A DNA stretch of 62,482 nt, filler included, from Globobulimina sp. (GCA_003354225.1; 39 parts of 39 records of this genome joined end to end with filler, not necessarily neighbours in it), one strand, 5' to 3'; positions 24,181 through 37,662 are shown, counted from the whole stretch's first letter. Program-made: numbers and translations. The notes: generated by a model from the sequence alone, not told the origin.

Positions 24181-25572
24181 ATGTACAGCTTACTGCGACT
24201 AAAGACGCAGGCACATTTATTTGGTGCCCGTAAGGACACAAATCAGTCATCTTCGTTTGATGACGAATTTGACTTTGCAATGGATGAGGAATACGACGAA
24301 GAGCTTGAGCTTGACCCTGACGCAGTAAGTCCAACGGGTACATTTATAGAATACGATGACAGCGACATTGGGGATCCTCATTTATTGCGGATGATTTCAA
24401 CGAGTTCCATATATTCGACTGTCCTTCATCCGGCTGGAGATGGTCGACTTTCGTCTCTAAATCGAGATGCAATGTCGTCGTATTTAGAAATGATGAAAGC
24501 GTCACAGCATAACAAACAGCAAATGTTAGACGCAAAACAACAGGAAGAAGAACGTAAAAAACAGCAGGAAAATATGGAAAATGCCAAAGCAGAGAGGGAC
24601 AAAATATTGGCAGCGCAGCAACAACATTCAAAATTAGATGATAAACACTTGGAAAAATTAGCTGGCAAAATGAAGGATGTGCCCATTGAGCAGACATCCA
24701 TTCGGGCGCTGGGATACTTTATTAATAAAAAAGGCAAATTGTTGCCGGTCAAAGAGGAATCCGACGATAAACAGCAAGAACCGGATGATAGTAAACACGA
24801 TGAAGAGGTGAGATTGTATATATATTTTGATATAATATTCAATAAATACACATTATTTAAATATAGATATTGTTTTTACATATTTCCAGATGTTAATTTT
24901 GCGCTTTTCTGGGTTATAAACTTGAAACAATGTCTATGTTAATAATGTGTCATATTATTGCATATTGAAAGCAATATTAAATGTTAACTGACTGACTGTT
25001 ATGTAGTAAGTAACTTTTTTTTTATAAATTAGCGTTGTTTGTGTACTAAACAGGAGGAAGACGTAGGTCTATTGTCGTGGGGTTTGGATGAGCACACTTA
25101 TGAACAATTGACGAAAGCGATTACTATTTATTTATTTGATACATTGCTAAAATATTATAACTTCAGACCCAAACAAATCGGCACACGGAAAAATAAGAAA
25201 AATAAGAAAAATGACATTGTTCAAATCGATTACCAGTACAAAACATTGTTATTTTCAGCCAACTTTAAAAAAGTCGATACTTTGTTTGTAATGATACCGC
25301 CATTTCGAGCTGGAGTATGTTATTGGAATTTATGCGTCGACAAAGGCATTGTGTATGGCACATTATTGTCGTATATTGAATTTGCATTGTCTTTGAATAT
25401 GGGGAAATGCGGCATTTTATTGTTGGACCCGAAAGGGTTGGATGCCAATGCAACGCCGTGGTCCATCTTTAAAATTTATGATAAGTTCATTTCGAAGCGA
25501 GTGCGGGAGAAGAAAATCAAAAAAATTGTGTTTATCGGTGCATTGAAAGAAGGGAATTTAATCTTACATTGA
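24181..25572 (+). CDS. FAM172/Arb2-like alpha/beta-fold protein; intron 24808-25053
   Basis: LGYFINKKGKL, YEQL...I..Y...L, LFVMIP..RAG, GT...YI..AL, GILLLDP, IYDKFI, IVFIG occur in the FAM172A motif order; phase-0 GT..CAG intron. Confidence 0.7.
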
Positions 25573-25684
25573 TTGGATCGCAGANNNNNNNNNNNNNNNN
25601 NNNNNNNNNNNNNNNNNNNNNNNNNNNNTTAATTAATTAANNNNNNNNNNNNNNNNNNNNNNNNNNNNNNNNNNNNNNNNNNNN

Positions 25685-27189
25685 AGCCACAGAAACAAGA
25701 TAAAACCCATGATAATAATGACCATAATCATAATAAAAAGAAACGACAGCGTCCCCGGACGCACTCAGAATCAGTGGACATCTTCTTCGATGCCACAAAC
25801 TAACCTCTCGACACCGCAACAACCAAAAGCAGCTTCAAAACATACCAAACCAACACGAGAACACAGCACTTATTACGTAGGGTCATCGTATTATGCTTTC
25901 GATCATGGCCGGTCGCCTATGATTCGACACGATGGCTCCGAGAGTGCATATTCTCCAAAACAAGCCGAACCAGCACCTAAACCGACGCCTAAACCTAAAC
26001 CCATACTTGAATCGCGACCAATACTCAATAACAACGATGATGATGAAATAATTGATGACATTCCCGCATTAACCAATGTATTGTGCGATCATCCATGTTT
26101 TCATCTAAATAATCCAATTTATGCGCGACGATTTGCCGAAATCTATGCCACAGAAAGTATAAATACAGCGCATATTGATGTACCTGTCAATACTGTCAAT
26201 TTCAGCGCAATATTTCCATTCGAGGCTACTATTAACGCGGTGGCCGACGACGGCGCAAATATACAATGTATAAATTTTAAGACAGCCTTGAAATATAAGA
26301 AATACCTATTACGGGATCGACGACATACAAAGGTACGTACCGGCAATGGCTATACGACGGTGCACGAATATTTGCCCATGAAAATCAAGCATAAAAATCG
26401 AACAATCACTACCAAATTCTATGTATTGCCGCAATTGCCGGATACGATCAACTTTCTTATTGGCCGAGCCTTGTTACATGTGCTTAACTATAAATTGGTA
26501 CAAATGAACGACTCATTTGTCCATAAGTTCCAGCCCGAATTCTACGACGATGACTTTGATGATATGCCGTGTGAGCTATACCCATTAGATACGGATGCCG
26601 AAAATGTCAATTTCGACGTTATAATTCATGACGAGGCCGCTCGTAAACCCATACTCGATTTGATTCATTCGTACGCCGACAACATATCGAAAGGAGGCAG
26701 CGGCGCAGATATTGGCAAAATACCTGGTGAAAAATTCAAAATTATATTGCGTGACGATATTAATGTGGACCCGGTGGTAAATCCTACATATTATATCAAT
26801 CAAAAATATTTTGATGGATTAAAAAAACAAATACATAACTTATTGGCAGATAAACGCATTGAAAAAAGCAGCAGCCATTGGAGATCGAGCCTGTTTCCGC
26901 GACCTAAGAAAACCGGCGATGTCCGCATCGTTTTCGACTTTCGCCGCCTAAATTACCTCACAAAACCCGACCAATTCCCAATACCAAATATACAGAAATT
27001 ATTACAGCGATTTAGGGGCAAAACATTCATCACATCGCTTGATATGAAGGCCGGTTATTGGCACATTCCATTAGATGACGAAACGAAGCCGCTCACTGCA
27101 TTTGAATTCGACGGACAATTATATCAATGGACTGTGATGCCGATGGGCTTGAAAAATGCGCCAGCGATGTTCCAGCGAGTAATGACTAA
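25685..27189 (+). mobile_element. Ty3/Gypsy pol fragment (aspartic protease plus RT N-terminal part)
   Basis: AVADDGA...IGR protease; RIVFDFRRLN, LDMKAGYWHIPL, MPMGLKNAPAMFQR. Confidence 0.95.
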
Positions 27190-27313
27190 NNNNNNNNNNN
27201 NNNNNNNNNNNNNNNNNNNNNNNNNNNNNNNNNTTAATTAATTAANNNNNNNNNNNNNNNNNNNNNNNNNNNNNNNNNNNNNNNNNNNNAATCAAAATTT
27301 AATTTTGTGCATT

Positions 27314-28084
27314 ATGTCTACTCATGTGCAGAACGATTTATATCTGTATCTTGTTAATCAGAAACGAGTAGATGGAACATGGGAGATCTCATGTAAAGTC
27401 CCCTCAAATATCGACCTGTCAAGATATTACTATGAAATAAGTCTTGCCGAAGTGCAACTTCCGAGCTCATGGCACAATCTATATGACGCAGTGATCAGTG
27501 TATGGCTATCCGAAAATCCAGATGAACGGCTCAATATACTACTGCCGAACTCATATTACAAGAATGTCGAAGCTATCGGAAGGGTACTTGAACGTCTGAG
27601 TAAAAGAGTTGAATACAAACTTGCGGGCAAACCGATATATACATATTTCAAATTTGGCAAGAGTGACTCATCAGGAAAAAGTTACTTAGCAATGGCGCCC
27701 GGTGTCAGTATTTCGTTCAGCGAAAGACTTTTACATGTATTTGGACTCGAATCAGCAACTATCACCAATGAAGAAGCGGATGAACAAAGAACAGAAATCT
27801 ATCCCAATGTGGACATTTTTCAATTCAGTGTGATAGCGACTTGCAATGTGGTACCATTTTCTACGATTGGCAATTATTCGGGAAGAGTGCTGCGCGTATT
27901 TTCACACAAGAGAGATGCTTCCGGCACTCAAAGCATAAACATTCATGAAATATTTGCCCCAATTGTCACAAATATGTTGGATAAAGTAGTTGTAACGCTT
28001 CACGACATGATGGGTCATCAACTCCAATTTGAAACTGATGAGATGGTCATCCTAGTGCATCTGCGAAATGTGATAAAAGTTTAG
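27314..28084 (+). CDS. Polinton/Maverick (adintovirus-like) minor capsid protein (penton)
   Basis: YEISLAEVQLPSSWHNL start; CNVV....IG.....LR and V.L.D..G..L.F......VHLR end. Confidence 0.8.
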   Translation: MSTHVQNDLYLYLVNQKRVDGTWEISCKVPSNIDLSRYYYEISLAEVQLPSSWHNLYDAVISVWLSENPDERLNILLPNSYYKNVEAIGRVLERLSKRVEYKLAGKPIYTYFKFGKSDSSGKSYLAMAPGVSISFSERLLHVFGLESATITNEEADEQRTEIYPNVDIFQFSVIATCNVVPFSTIGNYSGRVLRVFSHKRDASGTQSINIHEIFAPIVTNMLDKVVVTLHDMMGHQLQFETDEMVILVHLRNVIKV

Positions 28085-28120
28085 TAAATGCTATGTAACT
28101 ATTTTGTGTTAATAAAAACT

Positions 28121-28794
28121 ATGGCTAACACTGTCGTAGGTAATTTTGCTGCAAAGCCCTCAGTGAATGACAATGTTAAAGGATTTGCATATGAGCGTGT
28201 GATATCGACCTCAGTTCTACCTCGGATCAATACTGACCCGATCACATTCCTCATACCAAGCATAGAAGGTAAATGGTTGTCATAGTTAAATGTATATTTG
28301 TATACTCAGTGATATTTAGGAACTTTCATTGACCTAAATCAAATCTATATGACACTCCGATTCAGGATAAATATACAAAATGCTGATGGTACATTCAGCC
28401 AAATAACTGGAAATGAACAAGTGGCTCCTTATAACGCTTTTTTGTATTCTATGATGGCTGAAGTCGAGGTTGACATGAATTCACAACTTGTATGTTCAAC
28501 GTTTCAAGTGGCTGTTCATGAATATTGATTATTTTAGGTAGAGAGTACCAAGTTCAACTATCGACTGCAGCCATATCTTAAAGTTCTGCTCAACTCCACC
28601 GAATCTGCCAGGAACACAATTCTCCAATCAGTACTGTTCTACAAAGATAAAGCGGGAGCATTTGAATTGGTTGACAAAGCAAATTCTACACTAAACTATG
28701 GCAACTACAAAAGATGTAAAATTGCTGAAAATGGCAGAGTGGTGGAAATGCGCGGGAAAATATTAAGCGACATTTTTGAAACCAGCAAACCTCT
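28121..28794 (+). CDS. Polinton/Maverick major capsid protein (double jelly-roll), introns 28269-28319 and 28490-28537, 3'-truncated
   Basis: Spliced: PITFLIP..GTFIDLNQIY..VAPYNAFLYSM..VEV.MN..Y...YL..LLN..LFYKD.AG..G..KR..EM.G....DIF. Confidence 0.88.
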
Positions 28795-28894
28795 NNNNNN
28801 NNNNNNNNNNNNNNNNNNNNNNNNNNNNNNNNNNNNNNTTAATTAATTAANNNNNNNNNNNNNNNNNNNNNNNNNNNNNNNNNNNNNNNNNNNN

Positions 28895-30082
28895 TTATGA
28901 AATTGAACATTCTGTGGTATAGACCCATAAATATCACAATTATGTACCATAAAATAGCCTTTATCCCCGTCTCCATCACCATGAAGGCCATGAAATACAA
29001 CATCTACATTTTCATTAAAATCAGGAATGGAACCCGTTAGTTTTGGGTTATTTTGAGTTCCAATATATCCTAAATTTGATGCTTCAAGAAATAAATAGCG
29101 AAATATATTGCTAATATCACCACCAAAATCATTATTAAATATTGTAAATCCTTCAATATATTTTAAAACACTCAAATCTTGAAACACTTTATTTATATCA
29201 CCATGTAATTTATTATTATATACACTAAAATGTGATAAATTAGTTGTACTTGGAAACGGTGGTAATGTTCCATAAAATTCATTGTCAGATATTTGAAAAT
29301 TAATAGTATTTAATGGTATTGCTGTAATCATACCAGTTAACGCATTGCCATTTACTTCAAATTTTGCTAACATAACTATTATTTAATAAACAGTGAGGTA
29401 TTGAACCAGTTAACCTTGAATATTGAATCCGAAATGTAAACAATCGATGCAAATTACAGAAACCATCAGGAATCGTACCATATATATTTGGATTTACTTT
29501 CAAATCAAAAAGAGTCAAATGTATTAAATTAGAAATACATTTCGGTATAATGCCTGATATATTTGTATAATGAAATGATAGCCCCGACAAAGGCGCCGAT
29601 GATAGGATATTACAAATTATATTGGATAAATTTCCAGTAATTGATATATTTCTGATCCATAAAGTGTTCAAATTACGCAAATTTGATATAGTGGATGGAA
29701 TTTCTCCAATAATTCCAGGTTCATTTTCAAATTTTATCATAGTGCGTTGTTTAAAATTTTCAATTTGATTTGGGATTGTTCCAATCAAGTTATTATTGAA
29801 AAAATTAATTTGTAATATCATTGAATGCGTTTGGTTTATAGGGTGACACGTAATTCCTCTCAAACTGCTCCTCGTTGAACTAACAATACATACTTGTTGG
29901 GAATAAATTAGATTCACATTCCATTGATAAAACCAATTATTCCCTCCAGTTGCATTGTAAAAGCTTAGTAATCCATCAATTTCTTTCTGAGGTATAACAC
30001 TAAAATCCGCCGCAACCATACCAGTGATACCACTAAATTGTAGATTTATCCACAACAATACTACTAAAACAGTTGACATCAC
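28895..30082 (-). CDS. Secreted/receptor-like LRR protein, frameshifted near 29370
   Basis: Signal peptide, L.SFYNATGG.NW, repeated L.G.IP LRRs continuing in an overlapping frame. Confidence 0.85.
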
Positions 30083-30951
30083 GATGACTAGATCACTTCA
30101 AAAAATGTTTTGGGATCTATGATTTGACATTTGACATGTTTTTTTCAGCGTCATATTATTATTGTTTTTGAGAAACGAAAGCAAACCTGTACATGTATAA
30201 TATTAATTTACCTTTGTCAATCACATCGAACTGGTAAAAATCGAAATATCCCCCCCCCCCTTTGGCAGAAAAGTTGTTCACATTTGATTTGAAATCTGAA
30301 TAGGGTTTTTGCTTTTAGTTCATTTCTTCAATCAACATTTAAATTTTCTATTTTTACTAACATTTGAGTGCTTCACTTTGTAACTAAGTATGCTGACCAN
30401 NNNNNNNNNNNNNNNNNNNNNNNNNNNNNNNNNNNNNNNNNNNTTAATTAATTAANNNNNNNNNNNNNNNNNNNNNNNNNNNNNNNNNNNNNNNNNNNNC
30501 AAACATATATTAATCCTCTCCCTTTCAATGCTTTCATGAAACTTAAAGTTGTCGGCAGATACGGCCTATGCCCATCCCATGTGATGGCAAACGACTGTCT
30601 ATGTTTCGCAAAATATGATGAATTTCTGTTTCTTTCTCGCGTAGCGTATAATTTTATTTTCATAAATTCAACCGGATTTGCTTGGAATTTCCTGAATGAT
30701 TCAATATAATAAGAAAATGCATTCGCACTTCTATTAATCCACCATAGTTCAATAGAGGGGATACGCCTTTTCCATTCATTTAATTGTAAATCGGAATGTG
30801 ATAATACCTCATGATATAATGTAAAAAATATATTATGCATTGGTGTTATGCCTATGCCGCCTGTTCAAATTCGTAAAATATTAAAAACATTGGCATCACA
30901 CAACATGTTGCTGAGACGATTTGTGTTTTTGTTCTCAGTGATTTTAATATT

Positions 30952-32004
30952 TTAGGAACCTGCAACTAAGACTATATGTTGATAATTTTCAAAATCTAAT
31001 GTGATACCATATGGCCCTTCAATGCCTATATTTAAATGATTTGTGTAATATGATTTGGCAGCAATTCGATTTAATTGTTTTGTCCATCCTCGGTTCATAT
31101 TTTTTATATAAAATATTGTGGACGGATAATTCAAAGGATTCGAAATAGAAAATGGATGCCATTGCAAGGGTGATATATTTGGTATATTTATAAAACAATA
31201 TTGACATAGTTTGACAGAGCGATTATTATTCATTGATGACCAAATATTGCCAGATGCAAAGGAGTATTTGAGTGGTATTGCAATTTTTAATTTTGTGATT
31301 CTCGAAGATATCTCTTCCACATTTACTAATTTTACAATTTGGGACGCATTATACATCCGATATAATCTGTCAATAAATTGCAAAATCAATCCAGGCAATA
31401 AGTAATACCATGCATTGTGCGCATGGAATAAAATGGCAATAATCAACACCTGCGCGCCATATAAATGTAAATAATAAAACAATTCAAAATAATATCTCCG
31501 AAAATATGTAAATAATGAGAGAATCACAAAAATTGGAATTATAATTAAGACCAATACAGCAAACATTAAATTTATTGTAAAATTTGCCGAATGGTAAGTC
31601 CATGGAATATTGACATATGGAATAAAATCGTTTTTATAATCCTCACTGTCTCTGTTTAGAACAAACAAAACAATGAATATTGCATAATGCGCGAAGGAAA
31701 ATATTAAAAACAAAGTAGCCAAACATTTATGATAAACGATTCCTTGTTGGAATTCAATACCAAAGCAATACTCACATATTCGATTGATATTACTTCGTGT
31801 AATCGGTATTAATGACAATCCGATGCAAACACACGACAATATACCAAATGAACGCGATATTCTTTCTGCACTTTCGTTAAATTCTAATGTATAATATGAA
31901 TGAATATAGGCCCAATAATAAAATAATAGACACATTGTTGGCATCCAAATTAATAATATAATCAGCTGAGCTCCACTCAAATAAAATGCATTCAGACATT
32001 TGCA
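30952..32004 (-). CDS. Ferric reductase/NADPH oxidase family, partial
   Basis: Haem-ligand His pairs, QWHPFSIS, IEGPYG, IVLVAG; cut at the NADPH-binding motif. Confidence 0.92.
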   Translation of the reverse strand, partial: CKCLNAFYLSGAQLIILLIWMPTMCLLFYYWAYIHSYYTLEFNESAERISRSFGILSCVCIGLSLIPITRSNINRICEYCFGIEFQQGIVYHKCLATLFLIFSFAHYAIFIVLFVLNRDSEDYKNDFIPYVNIPWTYHSANFTINLMFAVLVLIIIPIFVILSLFTYFRRYYFELFYYLHLYGAQVLIIAILFHAHNAWYYLLPGLILQFIDRLYRMYNASQIVKLVNVEEISSRITKLKIAIPLKYSFASGNIWSSMNNNRSVKLCQYCFINIPNISPLQWHPFSISNPLNYPSTIFYIKNMNRGWTKQLNRIAAKSYYTNHLNIGIEGPYGITLDFENYQHIVLVAGS

Positions 32005-32300
32005 NNNNNNNNNNNNNNNNNNNNNNNNNNNNNNNNNNNNNNNNNNNNTTAATTAATTAANNNNNNNNNNNNNNNNNNNNNNNNNNNNNNNNNNNNNNNN
32101 NNNNTTGCCATTTCAAAATCCTCATTCAGTCGCCAAGTATTTTAGTTGAAAGATTTTCATTCAAAGATGGGAAAGTTTTTACAACAGATGATTAACGTAC
32201 GATGATTATATCCTAAATCAGGTAATTTTCGTTTGATGTCTTCATGTGATCATAATTTCATAATTATTATAATAACCAACAACAATATATATATAACAAT

Positions 32301-33609
32301 ATGACAACTAATTATAAAAAACAGAACATTGATGCAAATGCGAGAAATGCTGACAATAATTCCGAGCTCGTGCGACCAACAACAATTAAAACAGAACCAA
32401 TTGAAGAAAAAGTAAACAATATAACTCCCACAGCAATCCAATTGCCACTCCCGCATCAATTGGTTCCTGTTAACTTACCACAACAAACAATCAGTTTCCC
32501 CCAACATCAACAATTCATAAGCAATATTATACCAACACAAATTATTTCTGGCTCAAATGTAGTGCCAATCGCCACAAATGCACCCAATGCACAGCAATAT
32601 ATCTCCATTATGCGAAACCCAACATTGCCATTGCAAGTGCCACGAACTAACTCGACGGCGTTACATTTCTTGCAGCAAAGCTTAAAAACTCGAAGTTCAG
32701 TCAAAAATGAAGTAAAAACAGAAAACAAAATAGCACCCAATCATAATAATCATCATAATAATAATACTCTCCATCAACAACAATCTCTATTGTTTTACCC
32801 ACAACATCCAAAACCAAACCATTTCCCAGTTAAAAAAGCACAAAGCCGAAAAGATGAAATGTTAACAGAAAATTGGACGGCTAAAATCGCGTATGCTGCC
32901 ACCTTATCATCGATCATCAACGAAACATCCAAATTGTACCGAGAAAAAGTTGAATTGCAATTAAATCCGAAATGGGCAGATTTAATCTATAAATTAAACA
33001 TCAACAAAGACGAAAAAGTCACAGAATCCTATCAAAACCAACACGTTTACGACGAAGTCATCGATGATGTTTTCAGAAAATCTGAAATTTATTTAAAAGA
33101 AATATCGTCAAAAATGTCGCAAACCAAAATCACGGAAAGTATTGGAATGATGAAAGGTTTGACCGACGGCATTTGCAAATTAATTAACAATGCTTCCATT
33201 CATTTACCTGTCTCAAATCCATCCAGAATGCGACATTTATTTGAGAACAAATTATTGATTATGTGGTGTTCATTGCTATTGAGAGCGACCACCGACGTTC
33301 GAGAAGCCATGCAGCGGTATTTACGGCATCGCGCATTTAACAAATTTTTCTATTGCCACACCGCTTTAAATGCGGAGTTTTATAAACATTTATCGTCCGA
33401 CGAGGCCTTGTTAGTGAAGTTGCGAACAGGTAAAGAACAGCACGATTTTGAGGCGAATACTCGCAAATATGTGGAAGAGGCGAATTTATCATTGGTGGCG
33501 GTGCGGGAAATCACGGTCATACCGCAACAGGACAGAGGCAAAAAGAGAGTGACCTGGGATGAGGGCCAAGTGCATGGACCAAAGCCGCCGAAAAAAACAG
33601 CCCCAAACA
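32301..33609 (+). CDS. Hypothetical protein: Q/N/P low-complexity part plus helical part (possibly chimeric)
   Basis: Long ORF with composition shift near 32820. Confidence 0.5.
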
Positions 33610-33709
33610 NNNNNNNNNNNNNNNNNNNNNNNNNNNNNNNNNNNNNNNNNNNNTTAATTAATTAANNNNNNNNNNNNNNNNNNNNNNNNNNNNNNNNNNN
33701 NNNNNNNNN

Positions 33710-35214
33710 TCCCAAATTAGTGAGTATGCCAAGTCTGCCAAGTTGTGCATAGATAATAAAGTACCAACATACATTTGCGAATTGTTGCGCGATTTGGTTA
33801 AACCGACGTAACACACTTTGGCACCGCCAAAACAGGTAAATGGTACGGACCAAGCAATGATTTTAACATCATTTACAAATAACTGATACGTGTCATGTAT
33901 TGCTTTGTATAACGTGCAATCCGTCACAGCCATGGTTTGCTGCCCTTGGTAGCTTTCATTGCACCGTCTCCACACAATGCAAGTAGCTAGAAATGAATTG
34001 GTAATCTCGTAAATTTCAACACATTCATTGTGCTCATCTGCGGAGCCATAAAGTGACAGATTATGCATATCATTGTCTCCTTCAACAAAGGTAAAGATTC
34101 CAGTTAATTGCTCATCAAATCCATGATAGAACTCCGATAATAATCTGTCATTATTCGCTTGGTCATAGGGACTGGTCTCATAAAAATCAATTAATATCTG
34201 TCCTTCCTGCAGCGCCAACTCGTGTTGATACACTTTGAATTCTGCATGGTTCTCTGTGATGATATTGGACATATTCAAGTAAGCCTCCATCACCAATTCA
34301 ATATCGCTCTGCGTATATGTCCGCAGTGCCAAGTACGCAAAAACCACAAACAGCGCAATCAACGCACAAATGACATTGATGGCAGTATTCACCCTCTGGC
34401 CGTACTTGGTTTTATATCTACTTTCTTCCCTACTAAATATCGACCGCATATCCGCATTATTTATATTTCGCTGCAACTGTTTTTTCTGTTGGTTCTTCTT
34501 CCATATTTTCACCAATTCCTTGGATTCTTTATTATTTCTCTTCAATGGACGCTTCGACTTTAATCCAGAGCCCGTTGCCACAGACACAGCCCGTCCAAAC
34601 CCAGGCGGAGCTCCATCGTCGTCATCATCATCGTCCTCAGAGTACATACTGGCGGTTTTTAGCGGGACCGAGGCGACGATATCATACGTCGCAGCACCTG
34701 CTAATTGTTGTATTTTTTGTATAGCGTCAGCTTTGGAATCGAAGTTTTTAATGTCGAGATATTTCTTCTTTTTCATCTCCGCCACCATTTGGTCAGAATT
34801 CGATCTCTGTCGATTCACATTTCGATCAAATTTAAAATTATCGCCATGTGCAAGCTCATCACGCACATTTTCCAGGGATTTATTGCGCGAAACGGACTGC
34901 CGAATGGGCGCCAATGGAAAATCAATGGTTTCCGTCACCATTGGTTTAAATATAGCTTTTTGCGACAGCACTTTGCTTAACTTTAACTTTTTGGAGATTG
35001 GCGCATCTCGGGCTTGCACATTAATTCGTTTCCTCCTTTCTTTCGCATTCACCGCCTTCTCTCTCTCCACGGCCTCGTTCAATTTCCGCTTATCCTCCTC
35101 GGTGAATAATGGCGTAGCGAGCCAGGAGTCGTCGAAAGGTATTAACGGCACAGCATTGGCAATGCAGGCATTGATCACGGCGAATATCACCGCGATAAAC
35201 GTAAATAACAGAAT
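33710..35214 (-). CDS. Membrane protein fragment, two TM segments plus possible Cache-like extracellular domain
   Basis: Contig fully open; TM helices; WSVPF..C motif. Confidence 0.55.
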
Positions 35215-35314
35215 NNNNNNNNNNNNNNNNNNNNNNNNNNNNNNNNNNNNNNNNNNNNTTAATTAATTAANNNNNNNNNNNNNNNNNNNNNNNNNNNNNN
35301 NNNNNNNNNNNNNN

Positions 35315-36252
35315 TATCAATACTACTTTAAGATACATATAATAATAATTCTATTAAATGTTATATTATTGACATTGCAGCCGATATTATTTCATAAAAA
35401 CACAATCCACTACGCCGTGGTTGTGCTGATTAATAATTTAATGAATGCCATCGGATTATCGCATTTGGTCTATATATTTAACAATCGGTTGTTTCAAATT
35501 GTATTAAATCAACAAAACAAGAGTCAGAGACGATCGCTGACGTCCAAAGTTCAAATAAATTATCCTTCGCAATCAAAACATTTAAATATGGTGCAATTAA
35601 ATCGTGTTCAACAGGAACTGTTAGAAAAGGTTACAAAACATGGATTATTAGGCTCTTTAATTATATCTGTCTTTTTTTTCATGGTCTTACTATTGGCTGT
35701 ATTCTTAGGTCCGTACGTTGCAAATAACCTTTTTTTTTGATTATAATAAAACACAAAAACACAAGCAAACAGTTTATGTGAACGTTTCTCAGCTCCGCGC
35801 TTGTTTTTTGATTTGTAGCTTGTAACGCGTTTGAAGATGAAATCTGGATTGATATCCTCCAATGGTTTATAGTGCCGAGTGCTATTAATGTAATTACACT
35901 GTTTATTTGGCTGGGATTTTCTGTGAATGATCAATATTATCGCAAATTGTGTCACCGATCGGACTATTTATGTTTAAAATTGTGCAATAGATTGGCGACA
36001 AATGAAATTGCAAAGAATAGGAATGTTTCAAATCAAGAGAGTAGATCGGAGATACATGTAAGGAGAGAGAGAGCGAGACCAAATAAATCGGATCCAATGA
36101 AGCATACTGTAAATACACCACCGACTATGGTGCATCCACAGTGGGAACTACTTACTCCAAGTTTAAAGCCGGTGAGTCAATTAAATGAAGACAATAATAG
36201 TTGGCAGAATATAAACATGACTTCGAAAAGTGATGAAGATAACGACCCTTAA
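35315..36252 (+). CDS. Orphan 7-TM protein C-terminal part, probable intron 35709-35818
   Basis: LLEKVTKHGLL TM6 and LGFSVNDQYYRKLCH..C tail in two frames joinable by splicing. Confidence 0.65.
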
Positions 36253-36919
36253 CTCGCTTAGTGCATGTCATACACGATTTTATTGTTCGATTAAAACTTG
36301 CTTAAATATAATATTTTCTTCGTTGTATACAAACCTATAGCACCGTTAACCGTTTCTGGATTTGCAATTATATCTCGGTTCACGTTTGTTGGAAACGTAA
36401 GAGAAATATTCGGTACACAGGGGGTGGTTATCTATCTGAATATATCGTTTAACGTCAAAATGGAATATGTAGCTCATTAGGTTGGATTATAAAGATCACT
36501 GTGACAACAAGTGGCTGAAACGACATAACTGAGTGAGAATTATTTCTCGAATTACATTATTTATATAATACTAGTATACATTATATTTATTATTTATATT
36601 ACATGTCCTTGTTTTTGATTATCTTCATCAATCATATCACGTATGGTATATGCCGCTTTTTCAAAATCTTCCAATTGATGGAATATTTGTGTACTAAATC
36701 TAGCCACCATATCACCATAAATGTTATTATCAACCCTTAGAAAGAGTTTCTTTTCAATTGCAATTTGTGCCCCATTCCATGTAAAATTATTTGGTGGAAA
36801 TAAAACAGACACTAAGGCANNNNNNNNNNNNNNNNNNNNNNNNNNNNNNNNNNNNNNNNNNNNTTAATTAATTAANNNNNNNNNNNNNNNNNNNNNNNNN
36901 NNNNNNNNNNNNNNNNNNN

Positions 36920-37205
36920 ACTAAAAGCAGCAATGCTTTGCGGGTGATACGCGTTATTCGCTTAGCGCGAGTTTTCAGGCTAATGAAATCGCCGCGTTTT
37001 GCTGAATATATGGACATTTTGCAACGGACATTAACTGCCTCCATGGCCTCATTTGGACTGTTTCTGACATTGATTTTTTTAGAAATTATTGTTGCATCCA
37101 TTCTAGCCACGTCCTGGGGGGCATTTTTCACAGTCACAACCATTGGTTATGGCGATATGGTGCCACAGTCCATATTGGGTCGAATTATTTGTGTTTGCTA
37201 TTGTA
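36920..37205 (+). pseudogene. Voltage-gated K+ channel S4-pore fragment, degenerate
   Basis: LRVIRVIRLARVFRL, TTIGYGD; S5-P loop shortened and S6 breaks down. Confidence 0.8.
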
Positions 37206-37662
37206 AGCATGGTAACTCAGTGACACTTTTTCAAGGTTCGAAAAACAGCTATCAGTTTGGAGCATGGCGGAACAGTCTAATAGGGCTTTCCGATAAGTAC
37301 TGATTTTTTTTGCAGTTCAAAAACGCTTTTCAACAAATGGCACAATCCTATCGAACAGGTCTTAAATCGCTATGCCTGTGTCTCCTTGTAATATATTATA
37401 TTTGGTGGATCCGTACTTATTTGCAGCAAAATATACTCGCAGATGAATTTGATTGGTATGCATATTGCATATGAATTATCGTCTAGCTCAAGTAGAGCAC
37501 TGGATGTATCATCCAGAAGATTCAGGTCCAATCCCTGATGCGATGCGGTCTCACCAGATGAATAAATTAAGCACGAAAAATGGTAAAAATTTGGTGACAA
37601 TCAACCACCAAATTCAAGCAAATAAATTAATGGATTAATTGGATTTGAATTAACTAAAAGAG

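Noticed and set aside
34370-35214. 298-aa plus-strand ORF (likewise 41821-42618 and the plus-strand ORFs over the cullin)
   Set aside because: Antisense shadows of better-supported genes
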